Of a stretch of DNA of 61,111 nucleotides, positions 8,708 to 19,116 are shown one piece after another (within the stretch, counting starts at the first letter, position 1; the number at the start of each line of letters is the position of its first letter). The notes beneath the pieces were generated by a model. The model ran no database searches, was not told where the DNA came from, and was given only the letters and a program-made list of their open reading frames with translations. A program made the position numbers and the translations under genes. The stretch lies in assembly GCA_022340745.1 (NCBI GenBank), contig JAJDNL010000019.1, positions 1-61,111 on the forward strand, read 5' to 3'. Source of the DNA: Deltaproteobacteria bacterium (GTDB lineage Bacteria; Desulfobacterota; Syntrophobacteria; BM002).

Positions 8708-9137
8708 GGCCAAACAGGGACGAATTTTCGTAATACGTCTTGAGGACGGTGACATCGTCCATGCTGAAATTGAACGCTTTGCCCGCAAGAAATCTATTGG
8801 GGCCGCTGGTTTGATCATAGTCGGCGGAGCTGATCAAAAAAGTAAATTTGTCGTTGGCCCTGAAAAAGGTCGGGCAACCCCTGTTGTTCCCATGGAGCAT
8901 GTGTTAAACGAAGTGCACGAGATAGCGGGGGTTGGAACGCTTTTTCCGGACGATGCAGGAAATCCCGTGCTCCACATGCACATGGCATGCGGCAGGAAGT
9001 CATCCACTATAACCGGGTGTATTCGTGAGGGTGTCAGGGTGTGGCATGTCATGGAAGTGATCCTTTTCGAACTGGCTGACACAACTGGGGTACGCACGTA
9101 TGACTCCGAAACGGGATTTAATCTGCTCCAACCGTGA
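8694..9137 (+). CDS. PPC-domain (DUF296) protein
   Basis: FVIRLEDG, EIAGVGTL, PVLHMHMACG; overlaps the upstream stop. Confidence 0.85.
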   Translation: MKYSEAKQGRIFVIRLEDGDIVHAEIERFARKKSIGAAGLIIVGGADQKSKFVVGPEKGRATPVVPMEHVLNEVHEIAGVGTLFPDDAGNPVLHMHMACGRKSSTITGCIREGVRVWHVMEVILFELADTTGVRTYDSETGFNLLQP

Positions 9138-9210
9138 GCATAATCCGGATTAAAGGAGCACTTTTGTTCTACCACCTTGAAAATCTATCCATCCGTGACT
9201 ATTTTTTCAC

Positions 9211-9438
9211 TACCCCGGATATTTTATGAATTGCTGTCGCGAGGCCACACAGATGGGTGTGCCACCTGGCAACTCGTCCCGCGGTACCGCGGGATTGGGT
9301 CCGAGGCGTACCTGAATGGTACGTCGCAGGGGCCGACACCCGAGGACGCCAGGCTTCCGGCTCGTAGAGCCTACAGCTCGGAGAGAAGGACGGCCATATC
9401 GGTGGCCGCAGCAAGCAATTCATAAAATATCCGGGGTA
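9211..9438. mobile_element. MITE family B copy 2 (perfect 25-bp TIRs)
   Basis: TACCCCGGATATTTTATGAATTGCT (9211-9235) and its exact reverse complement (9414-9438). Confidence 0.9.
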
Positions 9439-9475
9439 ACAGAGTGAATGACCATTGTAGCGGTCGGAGGATTTT

Positions 9476-9919
9476 ATGAAGTGGTTCGATGATGACATCG
9501 ATAAAGAATTTGAGCGCATGCGTCAGCGCATGGAAAAAATGGTTGGCTCGTTGACGCGTCCTGGGGCTGCCACCCTCTGTGGTGACACTGGTTGGCGGCC
9601 TTCCCTTGATCTTTATGAAACAGACGACGAGCTCACCGTATTGGTGGACGTGGCTGGTATCCAGCCGCAAGATGTTGAAGTGGTGGTAGAGAGTGCGGTT
9701 GTGAGGATTTCTGGTAACAGATGTAGGCCGTTGGACGAGAACGTCAGTCGCGTCCATCGCATGGAAATAGACTTCGGCCCCTTCAAGCAAGCTATTCGCC
9801 TCCCTGTCCCCGTGGACCCGGATGGCGCCAGCTCAGCCTATCGTGATGGTTTCTTAGTCATTCACCTCCCCAAGAAATCCAGGATTTCAACATCCGTATC
9901 TATAAAAGCAGATGAATAG
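9476..9919 (+). CDS. Hsp20/alpha-crystallin small heat-shock protein
   Basis: PSLDLYET, EIDFGPFKQAIRLP, AYRDGFLVIHLPK; SD GGAGG. Confidence 0.92.
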   Translation: MKWFDDDIDKEFERMRQRMEKMVGSLTRPGAATLCGDTGWRPSLDLYETDDELTVLVDVAGIQPQDVEVVVESAVVRISGNRCRPLDENVSRVHRMEIDFGPFKQAIRLPVPVDPDGASSAYRDGFLVIHLPKKSRISTSVSIKADE

Positions 9920-10021
9920 TTGGACTATCAACGGTGCTCCGTCAGCTATTCGCTTTATGATGCAGACGATACTTGAGCGCTGACTGCTAGGGAATGATTG
10001 ATTAGTAAAGGAGTTTTGTTC

Positions 10022-12376
10022 ATGGCCGAAGAAGCTGTCAATCTCACAGATACTGAAGAAGAGCAAGAAATCCCCGAGCGTCTGCCGGTGCTGCCCCTGC
10101 ACCAGGGGGTGCTCTTCCCAGAACTCACCGTTCCGCTCTTGGTGAGCCGCCCTGATCACATCAAGCTGATAGATGAGGCCTTGGTGAAGGATAGAGCGCT
10201 TGTGGCGGTAGCCCAAAGGGACAACACCGTGGAAAAGCCCGGACTCGTGGATTTGTACCGGGTAGGAGTGGCAGCCTTTATCATGAAGATGATGCGATCT
10301 CCCGAAGGCCACTACCACCTCCTGGTTCGCACCTCAAAAAAGGTTCGGCTTACTGAGACAGTCCAGGAAGAACCGTACCTAGTTGCCACGGTGGAAGTTA
10401 TCGAAGAAGCCGTCCAGATGGATAAGCAGATCGAGGCCATGGTCTTAAACATACGCAATCTCTTTCAAAAAGTTGTGGAACTGGCCAACATGCCGGCCGA
10501 GCTAGGCATCGTAGCTGCTAATGTGGAGGGACCTCACCCCCTTATTTCCTTGGTGGCCTCAAATTTAGATCTGACCTTGGCAGAGGCTCAGGAAATTCTC
10601 GAGACTCTGGAAATCCAGACGGTGTTGGAGCGATTGACCGTCAATCTGAACCAGAGACTCGAGACCCTGGAACTCAGCCAAGAAATCCAGAAGAAAATCA
10701 AGGATGGCATGGACAAGACCCAGCGGGACTACATGCTCCGCGAACAGCTCAAGGCCATTCAGAGAGAGCTTGGAGAGGGTGACGAACGAACCGTCGAGAT
10801 CGATGAACTGAAAAAGAAGCTGGAAGAGACACCCATGCCCGATGAGGTGCGAGATGTGGCCGGGAAGGAACTGGACCGGTTGAGTAAAATGCCGCCAGCA
10901 GCAGCCGAGTACACCGTATCGCGCACATATCTGGACTGGCTACTGGAGCTTCCCTGGAAAGTCTCTACCGATGACAACTTGGACATTGCTGCGGCCCAAG
11001 AGACGTTGGATGCTGACCACTATGATCTGGAAAAAGTCAAAAAGCGGGTCATCGAATATCTGGCAGTGAGAAAGCTCAAACAGGATATGAAGGGCCCTAT
11101 TCTCTGTTTTGTGGGTCCTCCAGGTGTTGGCAAAACTTCTTTAGGACAATCCATTGCCCGTACTCTCGGACGTGAGTTTATTCGCATTTCTTTAGGAGGG
11201 GTGCGGGATGAGGCCGAAATTCGGGGCCATAGGCGCACCTATGTGGGCGCCCTGCCCGGGCGCATTGTTCAAGGCCTTCGCAAGGCTGGAGCAAACAACC
11301 CGGTGTTCATGCTCGACGAAATCGACAAGGTGGGCACAGACTTTCGGGGCGATCCGTCCTCGGCACTTCTGGAGGTGCTTGATCCTGAACAAAACCATAC
11401 ATTTTCTGACCATTATCTTGAAGTGCCCATTGATCTTTCTCAGGTAATGTTCATCACCACCGCCAACATATTGGACACTATCCCCCCTGCCCTACGTGAC
11501 CGCATGGAAGTGATTGAACTGCCAGGCTACATCGAGGAAGATAAGTTAATGATAGCAAAGCGTTATCTACTCCCTGAGCAGCTTGAAGCTCATGGGCTGA
11601 AAGCTGATCTTATCGAACTGGAGGATGATGCAATCCGCTCCATCATTCGGTCTTACACACGTGAAGCAGGGGTTCGCAACCTGGAACGGCAGATCGCCGC
11701 CGTCTGCCGAGGTGTCGCCAAAGAGGTTGTCGCCGGGCGCGAGCAGGTGACCAGAATCGGGCCAGACAACCTGGAAGAATTCCTTGGGCCGGTGATGTTT
11801 ATTCCTGAGCTGGCCGCCCGAGCGTGGGGACCTGGGCTGGCCACCGGGCTCGCCTGGACGCCAACCGGCGGTGACATCATTTTCATTGAGGCTGCCCGGA
11901 TGTCAGGAAAGGGCAGCCTCACGCTCACCGGCCAATTGGGCGACGTCATGAAAGAGTCTGCAACCGCCGCCCTCACCTACGTCCGAGCCCATGCCACCGA
12001 ACTGAATATTGACAAGAACTTTCTCGATGGCTCAGATATCCATATCCATGTGCCCGCTGGGGCTATACCCAAGGATGGGCCTTCCGCCGGCATCGCCATG
12101 TTGGTTACCTTAGCCTCTTTGATAAGTGGAAAGCCGGTGCGGAGAGACGTGGCTATGACTGGAGAGATCACCTTGCGGGGCGATGTTCTCCCCGTGGGAG
12201 GGATTAAAGAAAAGGTTCTTGCCGCGCACCGGGCCGGAATAAGGGAAGTGATCTTGCCACACATAAATGACAAGGATCTTCCGGATGTGCCTGAACAGGT
12301 TCGAGAGACAATGCAATTTCACCTGGTTCGCACTATGCCCGATGCCCTGGAGGTGGCCCTGGAACAGACAGAATGA
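10022..12376 (+). CDS. lon: Lon (endopeptidase La)
   Basis: N-domain; Walker [10 protein letters not shown]; MLDEIDK; protease PKDGPSAG and GGIKEK; SD AAGGAG before ATG 10022. Confidence 0.97.
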   Translation: MAEEAVNLTDTEEEQEIPERLPVLPLHQGVLFPELTVPLLVSRPDHIKLIDEALVKDRALVAVAQRDNTVEKPGLVDLYRVGVAAFIMKMMRSPEGHYHLLVRTSKKVRLTETVQEEPYLVATVEVIEEAVQMDKQIEAMVLNIRNLFQKVVELANMPAELGIVAANVEGPHPLISLVASNLDLTLAEAQEILETLEIQTVLERLTVNLNQRLETLELSQEIQKKIKDGMDKTQRDYMLREQLKAIQRELGEGDERTVEIDELKKKLEETPMPDEVRDVAGKELDRLSKMPPAAAEYTVSRTYLDWLLELPWKVSTDDNLDIAAAQETLDADHYDLEKVKKRVIEYLAVRKLKQDMKGPILCFVGPPGVGKTSLGQSIARTLGREFIRISLGGVRDEAEIRGHRRTYVGALPGRIVQGLRKAGANNPVFMLDEIDKVGTDFRGDPSSALLEVLDPEQNHTFSDHYLEVPIDLSQVMFITTANILDTIPPALRDRMEVIELPGYIEEDKLMIAKRYLLPEQLEAHGLKADLIELEDDAIRSIIRSYTREAGVRNLERQIAAVCRGVAKEVVAGREQVTRIGPDNLEEFLGPVMFIPELAARAWGPGLATGLAWTPTGGDIIFIEAARMSGKGSLTLTGQLGDVMKESATAALTYVRAHATELNIDKNFLDGSDIHIHVPAGAIPKDGPSAGIAMLVTLASLISGKPVRRDVAMTGEITLRGDVLPVGGIKEKVLAAHRAGIREVILPHINDKDLPDVPEQVRETMQFHLVRTMPDALEVALEQTE

Positions 12377-12412
12377 AAAAGCAACTCCTTACAAGAGATG
12401 GCATTTTCACTA

Positions 12413-12636
12413 GAGTAGTGCAGTACCGGAGGAATAGAAATTCCAAATCACAAAGAATGAGGTTTCAGGTTTCAGTGTTCAGTTTTCAGTTTTCAGTTTT
12501 TTGGTTGTTCTTCCCTGACACCTGACATCCGACACCTGAAACCCTGAGATTTCTCCTGCGGAGTCCCCACCCTCTGGGCGGGGCCCCAGTTTGGTGCCTG
12601 GAGTTTGGGATTTTATAGACTCAATACTCCAATATT
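12413..12636. repeat. Three-layer nested inverted short-repeat element
   Basis: Inner (GTTTCAG)n 12460-12496 vs (CTGACAC)n 12515-12545; middle AAATTCCAAATCACAAA vs TTTGG..GAGTTTGGGATTT; outer GAGTAGTG.. vs CAATACTCCAATA. Confidence 0.75.
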
Positions 12637-12660
12637 CACCAGGAACGATAGTGCCCTCGC

Positions 12661-13065
12661 CTACTTAATCAGCCTGAGCCAGAGGGCGGCAGCCACACCC
12701 CAAATGGCGTTAAAGAAGAGCACCAGCACTGGAGTCATATTCCCGAGGGCCAGACCGAACATACCCTTGTTGGCCTTCATGGGAAAAACGATGAAGAACA
12801 TCACCAGGGAGGGCCCCAGACTGTATAACAGACCACGGCTTATCACGGAGCGGCGCAGTATAGGCAGTAAGAAAAGAAACCCCCATATCCCACCCCAGAC
12901 AATGCGGGGATAAAGCCAAGCAGGGGTCAGTTTGGGGGCAATCTTGACTCCCAGGGCTGCATTGACTCCCAGGTGGCCAAAGTTCCAAACCACGAGACTA
13001 TTTAACACTCCCCCCACACATCCCGCCACAAAAACCAAGGAAAGAGTTCGGAAGATGTTGTTCAT
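12661..13065 (-). CDS. Conserved hypothetical membrane protein
   Basis: Four TM segments; WLYPRIVWGGIWGFLF and FFNAIWG. Confidence 0.8.
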   Translation of the reverse strand: MNNIFRTLSLVFVAGCVGGVLNSLVVWNFGHLGVNAALGVKIAPKLTPAWLYPRIVWGGIWGFLFLLPILRRSVISRGLLYSLGPSLVMFFIVFPMKANKGMFGLALGNMTPVLVLFFNAIWGVAAALWLRLIK

Positions 13066-13210
13066 TGCACGCTCCGCGTTTGTCCGTAGCCCGCCGTCAA
13101 TTCTACCATTTTTTTATTGCTCATTCACTTAAAAGCTATGATTTGGCAGGATAGTATCCTCCATAATTTTAGACATTTTAGTTCATTTTAGGCATTCGGG
13201 TTAACGGACA

Positions 13211-13693
13211 TTACTTGAATCTTTCATCCGCTTCCGCTTCCGCTGATTTTTCTGCCCTGCCGGTGAGCCAACCTATACGTTCAACCTCTCTTGAGTCAAA
13301 TTCCGGCACGTAGGGCTTGATATCCAGCAAGGGAGTGGAGTCGGCAATGTCCAGGTCTTCAATGTGAAGTGTGCACCCCTCTATGTCTACAAGCCGCACA
13401 ACCGAGATTCCGATAGCGTTGGGGCGCCTGGGCGCTCTGGTGGCGAAGATTCCTCGCGGAGAATCATCCAAAAAGGGCTTCACCATCAGCGAGTATCCTT
13501 GGGAGAGATGGAAATGGTAGAGCAGAAAAATATGCGAAAACCCTTCAAGATCTTTCAAACCTTCACCACACTCGGGGATAACCTCTACAGTGCCGGCCAC
13601 TCCCCTGGCTCCAGCAGGTTGAATGGGCATCCCTTTTGTCTCTTTAAAGGGTGAATGAATGACACCAATGGGGCGATATCTGATTTCTTGCAT
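13211..13693 (-). CDS. tsaA: tRNA m6t6A37 methyltransferase TrmO/TsaA
   Basis: PIGVIHSPF, GFSHIFLLYHFH, GIFATRAPRRPNAIG, TPLLDIKPY. Confidence 0.92.
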   Translation of the reverse strand: MQEIRYRPIGVIHSPFKETKGMPIQPAGARGVAGTVEVIPECGEGLKDLEGFSHIFLLYHFHLSQGYSLMVKPFLDDSPRGIFATRAPRRPNAIGISVVRLVDIEGCTLHIEDLDIADSTPLLDIKPYVPEFDSREVERIGWLTGRAEKSAEAEADERFK

Positions 13694-13785
13694 GGGTTTT
13701 ACCTCTCATCACTTTTTGTGATCGTATGCAGCCTCCGAGCCGGAGGGAGCTTATTCCTAAAAAGAGAACGGACTGGGAATTCCTC

Positions 13786-15480
13786 TTACCCTTCGTAGGC
13801 AGCTAATTTACGAATACCATATCGCATCGGTAGCCAGACAGCAGCAATATTCACCAGCACCAGGAGAAGGATAGAGCCACTGACATACAACCATTGGAAA
13901 AAACCGAGGGAATGATGGCGGGCCTGGGCCGTGAATAGGATATAAACGGGTCCTGCTTCCAGAATAACTACCAGTGCTATGAAGCCCATAGCCAGGATCA
14001 TGTAGAGCAGCCCGCCAAAACCTGTGGCAACTTGGGTTATGTTCTCGGCCTTAAAGTTTGGGAACACAGCGCCCATACCTACTCCAAGCGCGGTGATGCC
14101 AAAAACCATAGAGAAAATGGTGATGGGTGCCAGCCACCGCATCAAAGCGCTTACTTGAAGCAATTCGTTGGTGGCGATGGTCAGAATCAAACCCAGGAGC
14201 AGCAAAGGCGCCAAATAAAGAAGGAACTTGCTCCACAGTAACCGCCGCATACTCACCGGAGCACTCTGCATAATCCAGAAAGAAAAGCCTTCTCCGCTCA
14301 CCGCCGTGAACACGAAACGCACGCCGATAGAGGCTAGGACAAAACCGGCCAGCCCCACATTCAGAAAAGCAATGAGATTTTGCAAATAAAAAGTGGGCAC
14401 CTTAACACTATCCAAAGGTAAAACGCTGTAATTGTAAAGATAGAGCACAATAAGAGCCAAGATCAGGAGCAGCTGTGACCACTGGGTATTGTCACGGAAG
14501 AAGAACTTCAGGTCTTTGCCCATGAGAGTAAGAGTCTGAGAACGACGCGGTTTCCTAGGCCTGAGTTGTTTGGGAACCAGACCCAGAAATCTGCCAGCCA
14601 ACAGACGTCCGCTTTCCTGAGACTTGGACCAGCCCTCAGGATAAACCCAAATCGCCACAAGAGCACACACCACCAGACTGGCCAACCCGTTCACCCACAA
14701 AAATCCCTGGTAAAAACCACTGGAGATTGGTGAAGGCTTCAAAAGAGGCCAAATCGCCTCACTGGCCCAACTGCTGGGCAGATAAGGCGAAGCCGGAGCA
14801 CTGAGCGCTCGAAAATACGTGATCACGCTAGCGAAAGCGTCTGGGTCCACCAACCTTTCCGGTCGCGAAAACCGGAAGAGAAAGAAAAGGAGAATGATCA
14901 CCAAAAGGGAAAGAAGAAAAAGTATATCCCGGGTGCGTTGGGCTGGAAAAACCTGCACCAAGATCATGGTGAGGGTTATCCCCACAGCTGCTGCCAGGAT
15001 CAGGTAGGGAATCATTACACTGACAAGACCGAGATAATAGACAACGGACGCCTGGTAGACAAGGCCGTAAGCGGTAAAGATGGGAATGCCAAAAAGCAGT
15101 ACCATCCATGAACTCTCAACCAACGTATCCAGAAAACGAGCCGCAAAAATTTCTCCTATGGAAACCGGGGTAGCGTGAATTATTTCTAAATCCTGTGACA
15201 AAAAAAATGTATTGAGAGCTACCAGCACGTTACTGAAGATCAACAACCCGAAAAAGGTAAGATACACCATGGTGAGAAGCTTGTAGGCCAGCAGGTCACC
15301 AAATTCTTCCACCGCCTGAAAATAGCGGAGTACCCGGTAGAATATCACATATATTCCGACCCAGAAGCCAACAGCCACGGCCAACAGAGAACCTGCTTTG
15401 ATAAGGGATCGGCGGCCGCCAAAAACTAAATCGTTTCTGAAGCCCCACCAGCGTGGGCCAAGTAGCGTCAGTACATTCAT
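13786..15480 (-). CDS. ABC-2-type exporter permease
   Basis: About 12 TM segments; downstream of an ABC ATPase; KDLKFFFRD..QWSQLL. Confidence 0.8.
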   Translation of the reverse strand: MNVLTLLGPRWWGFRNDLVFGGRRSLIKAGSLLAVAVGFWVGIYVIFYRVLRYFQAVEEFGDLLAYKLLTMVYLTFFGLLIFSNVLVALNTFFLSQDLEIIHATPVSIGEIFAARFLDTLVESSWMVLLFGIPIFTAYGLVYQASVVYYLGLVSVMIPYLILAAAVGITLTMILVQVFPAQRTRDILFLLSLLVIILLFFLFRFSRPERLVDPDAFASVITYFRALSAPASPYLPSSWASEAIWPLLKPSPISSGFYQGFLWVNGLASLVVCALVAIWVYPEGWSKSQESGRLLAGRFLGLVPKQLRPRKPRRSQTLTLMGKDLKFFFRDNTQWSQLLLILALIVLYLYNYSVLPLDSVKVPTFYLQNLIAFLNVGLAGFVLASIGVRFVFTAVSGEGFSFWIMQSAPVSMRRLLWSKFLLYLAPLLLLGLILTIATNELLQVSALMRWLAPITIFSMVFGITALGVGMGAVFPNFKAENITQVATGFGGLLYMILAMGFIALVVILEAGPVYILFTAQARHHSLGFFQWLYVSGSILLLVLVNIAAVWLPMRYGIRKLAAYEG

Positions 15481-15527
15481 AACCCAAACCGATCAGTGGA
15501 TGCCGAGCAATCAGCGCTTAAAGAATC

Positions 15528-15772
15528 CAGTGGTCAGCGGTAAGCAGTAAACAGTGAGCGGTAAACGGTAAACAGTAAGAGATGTGATACGTTATGCATT
15601 ACAGGTCGCTTTCCGACCTCTGCCCGCTGCCCGCTGCCTGCTGCTAGCTGCCTTTTGCTTTTCAAATTCGCAATCCGCAATTCGAAATTCGAAATTGTCT
15701 CCCTATGCTCCATGCCTCCACAATCTGCAATCTAAAATCTCAAATCCTTAAATTCCCCAATCCCTCAATTGT
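15528..15772. repeat. Composite heptamer/octamer repeat spacer inside the ABC operon
   Basis: (CRGTAAR)n 15528-15578, (CTGCCCG)n 15620-15652, (TTCGCAA/TTCGAAA)n, (AATCTNM)n and an octamer tail. Confidence 0.8.
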
Positions 15773-15773
15773 T

Positions 15774-16532
15774 TTAGTTAATAAAGCCAATATCCTCGGT
15801 GCTTTCTGTTTCAGCGCCGGTCAGATGCAAGAATATGGACTCCAAGCGTGGTTCTTCCTGGCCAGCCAACTCCTTCAGCTCAGTGACGGTACCCTCTGCT
15901 AGGAGTTCTCCCTTTTGGATGATGCCGATGCGATCGCAAAGCTCTTCTGCAACTTCAAGGGTGTGGGTTGACATGAACACCGTCAGACCGCTCCGTTTCA
16001 ATCTCGTAAAGATTCGCTTAATGAGCCGAGCCCCCTTGGGATCCAAGCCCACAAGAGGCTCATCCACAATGAAAACCCTGGGTGCATGCAGCAGGGCAGC
16101 ACTCATGATTAACCGTTGTTTCATGCCATGGGAATAACTACTCACCAGTTCCTTGGCCCATTCTGCCAGTTCAAAGAGTTCGAGAAACTGCTGGATCCTC
16201 TTTTCTCGTCCCACACCATTGAACCCGTACAGATTGGCCATGAAGGACATGAATTCTGACCCTGTGAGTTTTTCATATAAAAAGGGGCGATCCGGGATAA
16301 ATCCTATCCGTGCCTTCACGTCGATGGGATGTTTTAGCAAATCCAGTCCATCAATAAAGATACTCCCTGAGGTCGGGCGCATGATTCCGGCGAGCATCTT
16401 GATGGTGGTTGTTTTGCCGGCTCCGTTGGGCCCGAGAAAACCATAAATTTCTCCGGGCGCCACCATCAAGCTCACGTTGTCCACCGCAGTGACTTGTTTG
16501 AAGCGTTTTGTCAGTCCTTCCAGGCGAATCAT
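15774..16532 (-). CDS. ABC transporter ATP-binding protein
   Basis: GPNGAGKTT, YSHGMKQR, IVDEP, MSTH. Confidence 0.95.
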   Translation of the reverse strand: MIRLEGLTKRFKQVTAVDNVSLMVAPGEIYGFLGPNGAGKTTTIKMLAGIMRPTSGSIFIDGLDLLKHPIDVKARIGFIPDRPFLYEKLTGSEFMSFMANLYGFNGVGREKRIQQFLELFELAEWAKELVSSYSHGMKQRLIMSAALLHAPRVFIVDEPLVGLDPKGARLIKRIFTRLKRSGLTVFMSTHTLEVAEELCDRIGIIQKGELLAEGTVTELKELAGQEEPRLESIFLHLTGAETESTEDIGFIN

Positions 16533-16700
16533 GTTCTACCCCCGATTGATGGCATTCGTAGTTCCTCCTGCGGCGGATCAGTCCGCCTTCGGCGGATTCG
16601 ACTTAATCCTTTTCTCAGCAACGGACAATGGACGAAGCACAAAAAGCATATCCCGTCGTCTGTCGAGAACGAGCCAATCGCATCAAAGTGACCTAAGGGT

Positions 16701-18194
16701 TCATTCATAGTCTATAACTTTGATGCCTAGCCTACCGAGAGCTCTGACCAGGCGCACCTGGCGATCCAGCCCTCCCGTAATGAGCCGAACATGGGTGGGG
16801 TCAGCAGGCACTTGGTTCAAAAGGGAATCCACCGCAACCCATTCCCCCACGTAGACTTCATTCCAGGCGTGATAATAGAAGCGACCTTTGGTGTACAGGA
16901 GACCCGCAACGATCCTGGTGGGAATACCCACTGATCTAGCCAGGGCAGCAAAGAGCACACTATGCTCATTGCAATCTCCGGCCCGCAGCTTGTAAACTTC
17001 GACCGCGTTTGGAATGGATAGGGTCGGACGCTTTTCAAGATTATGATAAACCCAAGAACTAATGAGCTCAACAGCACGCAAAGCATCCTGTTCCTCACCC
17101 ACAATGGCCGCGGCTTGCTCTTTCAAAATCGGCTCGTCGCTCTGGACTAGCAAGCTTGACTGCAAATCCTGAGCCATCTCGGCAGTGCTCAACGGGATGT
17201 GGACTGCAGGGATTTGCGGCAAAACCTCGCGAACTATTAAGAGCTCTCCCTCTCTCAACTGTTGTCTCCCACCTGTCAAATCCCAACCCTCACCAGTAAT
17301 ACCCGTTAGTTGCAGACGCAAGCTTCTCAACAGCCTGGGATGAGCAATGATGCGATCTGGAACCACAGCCGCCTCGCGCACTAATTCTGCGGGTGTGGCC
17401 TTAGCGAAAGCGGCAAGAGCGTCCTGACGGTCGCTCCTCACCATGGTCAAACCCAGAAACCCTTCTTCTTTGAGCACCTCCCCATATGGGCTAACCCAGG
17501 TCCTGAGCTGAACGCCGTGAAACTCCAATACCACGCGATAAGCCTCCAAATTTCGAGAACCAATCTGGATTGTCTCCATCTCCTCTACTCGCAACGGCAC
17601 CATTGTCTGACTCAAGGTGGAAGGATCAAAGAGCGCCAGCCTATAGGTATTGCCCTCTCGCAAGTGCTGTTGAGCGATGAATGACTTCATCCCACTACCC
17701 AAATAAATGGGATGAGAGAGCGGCAGTTGTTGACTGCGTTCCTGACCCGCCATCTGACTCACAAGTAGCAAGCTTCCGTCTTTTATACCGCCGCTGAGAT
17801 TGTAGTAAATGGGGCCGGCTTGGAGACGAAAAGTAAAGGATTTTAGGGAGAAATCCGGCTCCAACTTAGCTTGAACCCTGGTAAATAGATCCTGGATATC
17901 CCCGAGGAAATCGAGGCGGAGGAAAACCTCTTCGGTAAGCGCGTACTCTTCAGGCAGTGGCCGGATTTCGGTGTGGCTGTACCCGGTTCGATTGCCATGT
18001 TGATAAATGGTAAACCATTCTTCCTGGAGTTCTTGGCCTGCCAGTTGTTGTACTTCCGGGGTGAGGACCTCTCCCCCGCCATAGTTCAGGCGGTGGACGA
18101 AAACGGCCACATAACAAATCCATGCAGCCAAAATCACAATGGCGAGTCCGAAGCCCAACCTTCTTTGCCAGGGTTTTTTGCTAATGGTGCTCAT
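16701..18194 (-). CDS. Membrane-anchored transglutaminase-like domain protein
   Basis: N-terminal TM; catalytic triad GDCNEH, YHAWNE, VAVD; start overlaps the PHP gene stop. Confidence 0.85.
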   Translation of the reverse strand: MSTISKKPWQRRLGFGLAIVILAAWICYVAVFVHRLNYGGGEVLTPEVQQLAGQELQEEWFTIYQHGNRTGYSHTEIRPLPEEYALTEEVFLRLDFLGDIQDLFTRVQAKLEPDFSLKSFTFRLQAGPIYYNLSGGIKDGSLLLVSQMAGQERSQQLPLSHPIYLGSGMKSFIAQQHLREGNTYRLALFDPSTLSQTMVPLRVEEMETIQIGSRNLEAYRVVLEFHGVQLRTWVSPYGEVLKEEGFLGLTMVRSDRQDALAAFAKATPAELVREAAVVPDRIIAHPRLLRSLRLQLTGITGEGWDLTGGRQQLREGELLIVREVLPQIPAVHIPLSTAEMAQDLQSSLLVQSDEPILKEQAAAIVGEEQDALRAVELISSWVYHNLEKRPTLSIPNAVEVYKLRAGDCNEHSVLFAALARSVGIPTRIVAGLLYTKGRFYYHAWNEVYVGEWVAVDSLLNQVPADPTHVRLITGGLDRQVRLVRALGRLGIKVIDYE

Positions 18195-18840
18195 CTTGTC
18201 TGCGCCTGACCAACTCCTCAGCATTTTGGAGCATTTGTTGAAAATCTCTCTGCTCGAGTCCTGCCCCCAAAGCAATCTTTTCGACCATTTCCCCCGTTAA
18301 CAGGTCTCCTGGCGCGTGGGCATCAGAGTTGAGTATCAGGCTAGCCCCTGCTGCCTGGGCAATTCTAGCTACATGTCCATTGGTGAAAGAGTGGCCTTTG
18401 CGGCCTGAAATCTCCAGAAGAATGCCACGCCGTGCCGCCAGGGCTGCCTCCTCTGGCGTCAACAGCCCCGGATGGGCAAGAATGTCAATGTCTGCCTCTA
18501 GCCCAGCCTGATTTGTGCCGGGCAGTACTGGTTCCATTATAGTCTCCCCATGAACAACCACCAACCGCGCTCCCAACTGCCTGGCCTCCACTGCCAAAGA
18601 TGCAATGGTGGGAGGCGGTACGTGGGTGAGTTCTATTCCGGGGACTGCCTGAATGCGATTGTACTGATTGAGTTCTGCCGCAGCTCGCACCACCCGAGGA
18701 ATAATGAGATCTAAATTACTGCGGTCAGCGTGATCGGTGATACCGATGAAACGGTACCCCATTTCCTCAGCGCGGCGCACCAACTCGCTCACCACAAGTT
18801 CACCATCGCTGAATAACGAATGAGTATGCAGGTCAATCAA
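18181..18840 (-). CDS. PHP-domain phosphoesterase (histidinol-phosphatase-like)
   Basis: DLHTHSLFSDG, ITDH, GIELTH, LAHPG, NSDAH; TTG start with SD AGGAG. Confidence 0.9.
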   Translation of the reverse strand: MIDLHTHSLFSDGELVVSELVRRAEEMGYRFIGITDHADRSNLDLIIPRVVRAAAELNQYNRIQAVPGIELTHVPPPTIASLAVEARQLGARLVVVHGETIMEPVLPGTNQAGLEADIDILAHPGLLTPEEAALAARRGILLEISGRKGHSFTNGHVARIAQAAGASLILNSDAHAPGDLLTGEMVEKIALGAGLEQRDFQQMLQNAEELVRRRQDEHH

Positions 18841-18957
18841 AATGTTTCTCCTTTCTTTAAAACACCGGCAGAACATGCACAATTTGTTCCGAACGGTTTC
18901 ATCAAAAGAGCCTGAGAATGAAGTACTTGATCTTAATGGCAGCTGGACAAGATGACA

Positions 18958-19108
18958 AGGGGATTAGGGGATTTTTGATTTGGGATTGCGGATTGTGGAA
19001 TTGAGGAATTCAGGAATTTAGGGATTGGGGAATTGAGAGATTCGATTCTGCAGCAATCGTTCAGCTAGCTTTAATTCCTAAATCTCTTAATTCCTCAATT
19101 CCTTAATA
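18958..19108. repeat. Inverted octamer array (GGAATTNA)n / (TNAATTCC)n
   Basis: GGAATTGA GGAATTCA GGAATTTA GGGATTGG GGAATTGA ... TTAATTCC TAAATCTC TTAATTCC TCAATTCC. Confidence 0.85.
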
Positions 19109-19116
19109 TTGTTGCT

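Noticed and set aside
9138-9475. CIRCE operator upstream of hsp20-lon
   Set aside because: No TTAGCACTC-N9-GAGTGCTAA; the inverted repeat there is MITE B.
9177-9519. Short ORFs over repeats (also 42190, 43315, 43479, 45577, 50636, 53730, 54012, 56418)
   Set aside because: They are translations of MITEs and heptamer arrays; shared peptides such as FYCSSLANPAASCGECAR only reflect the repeat.
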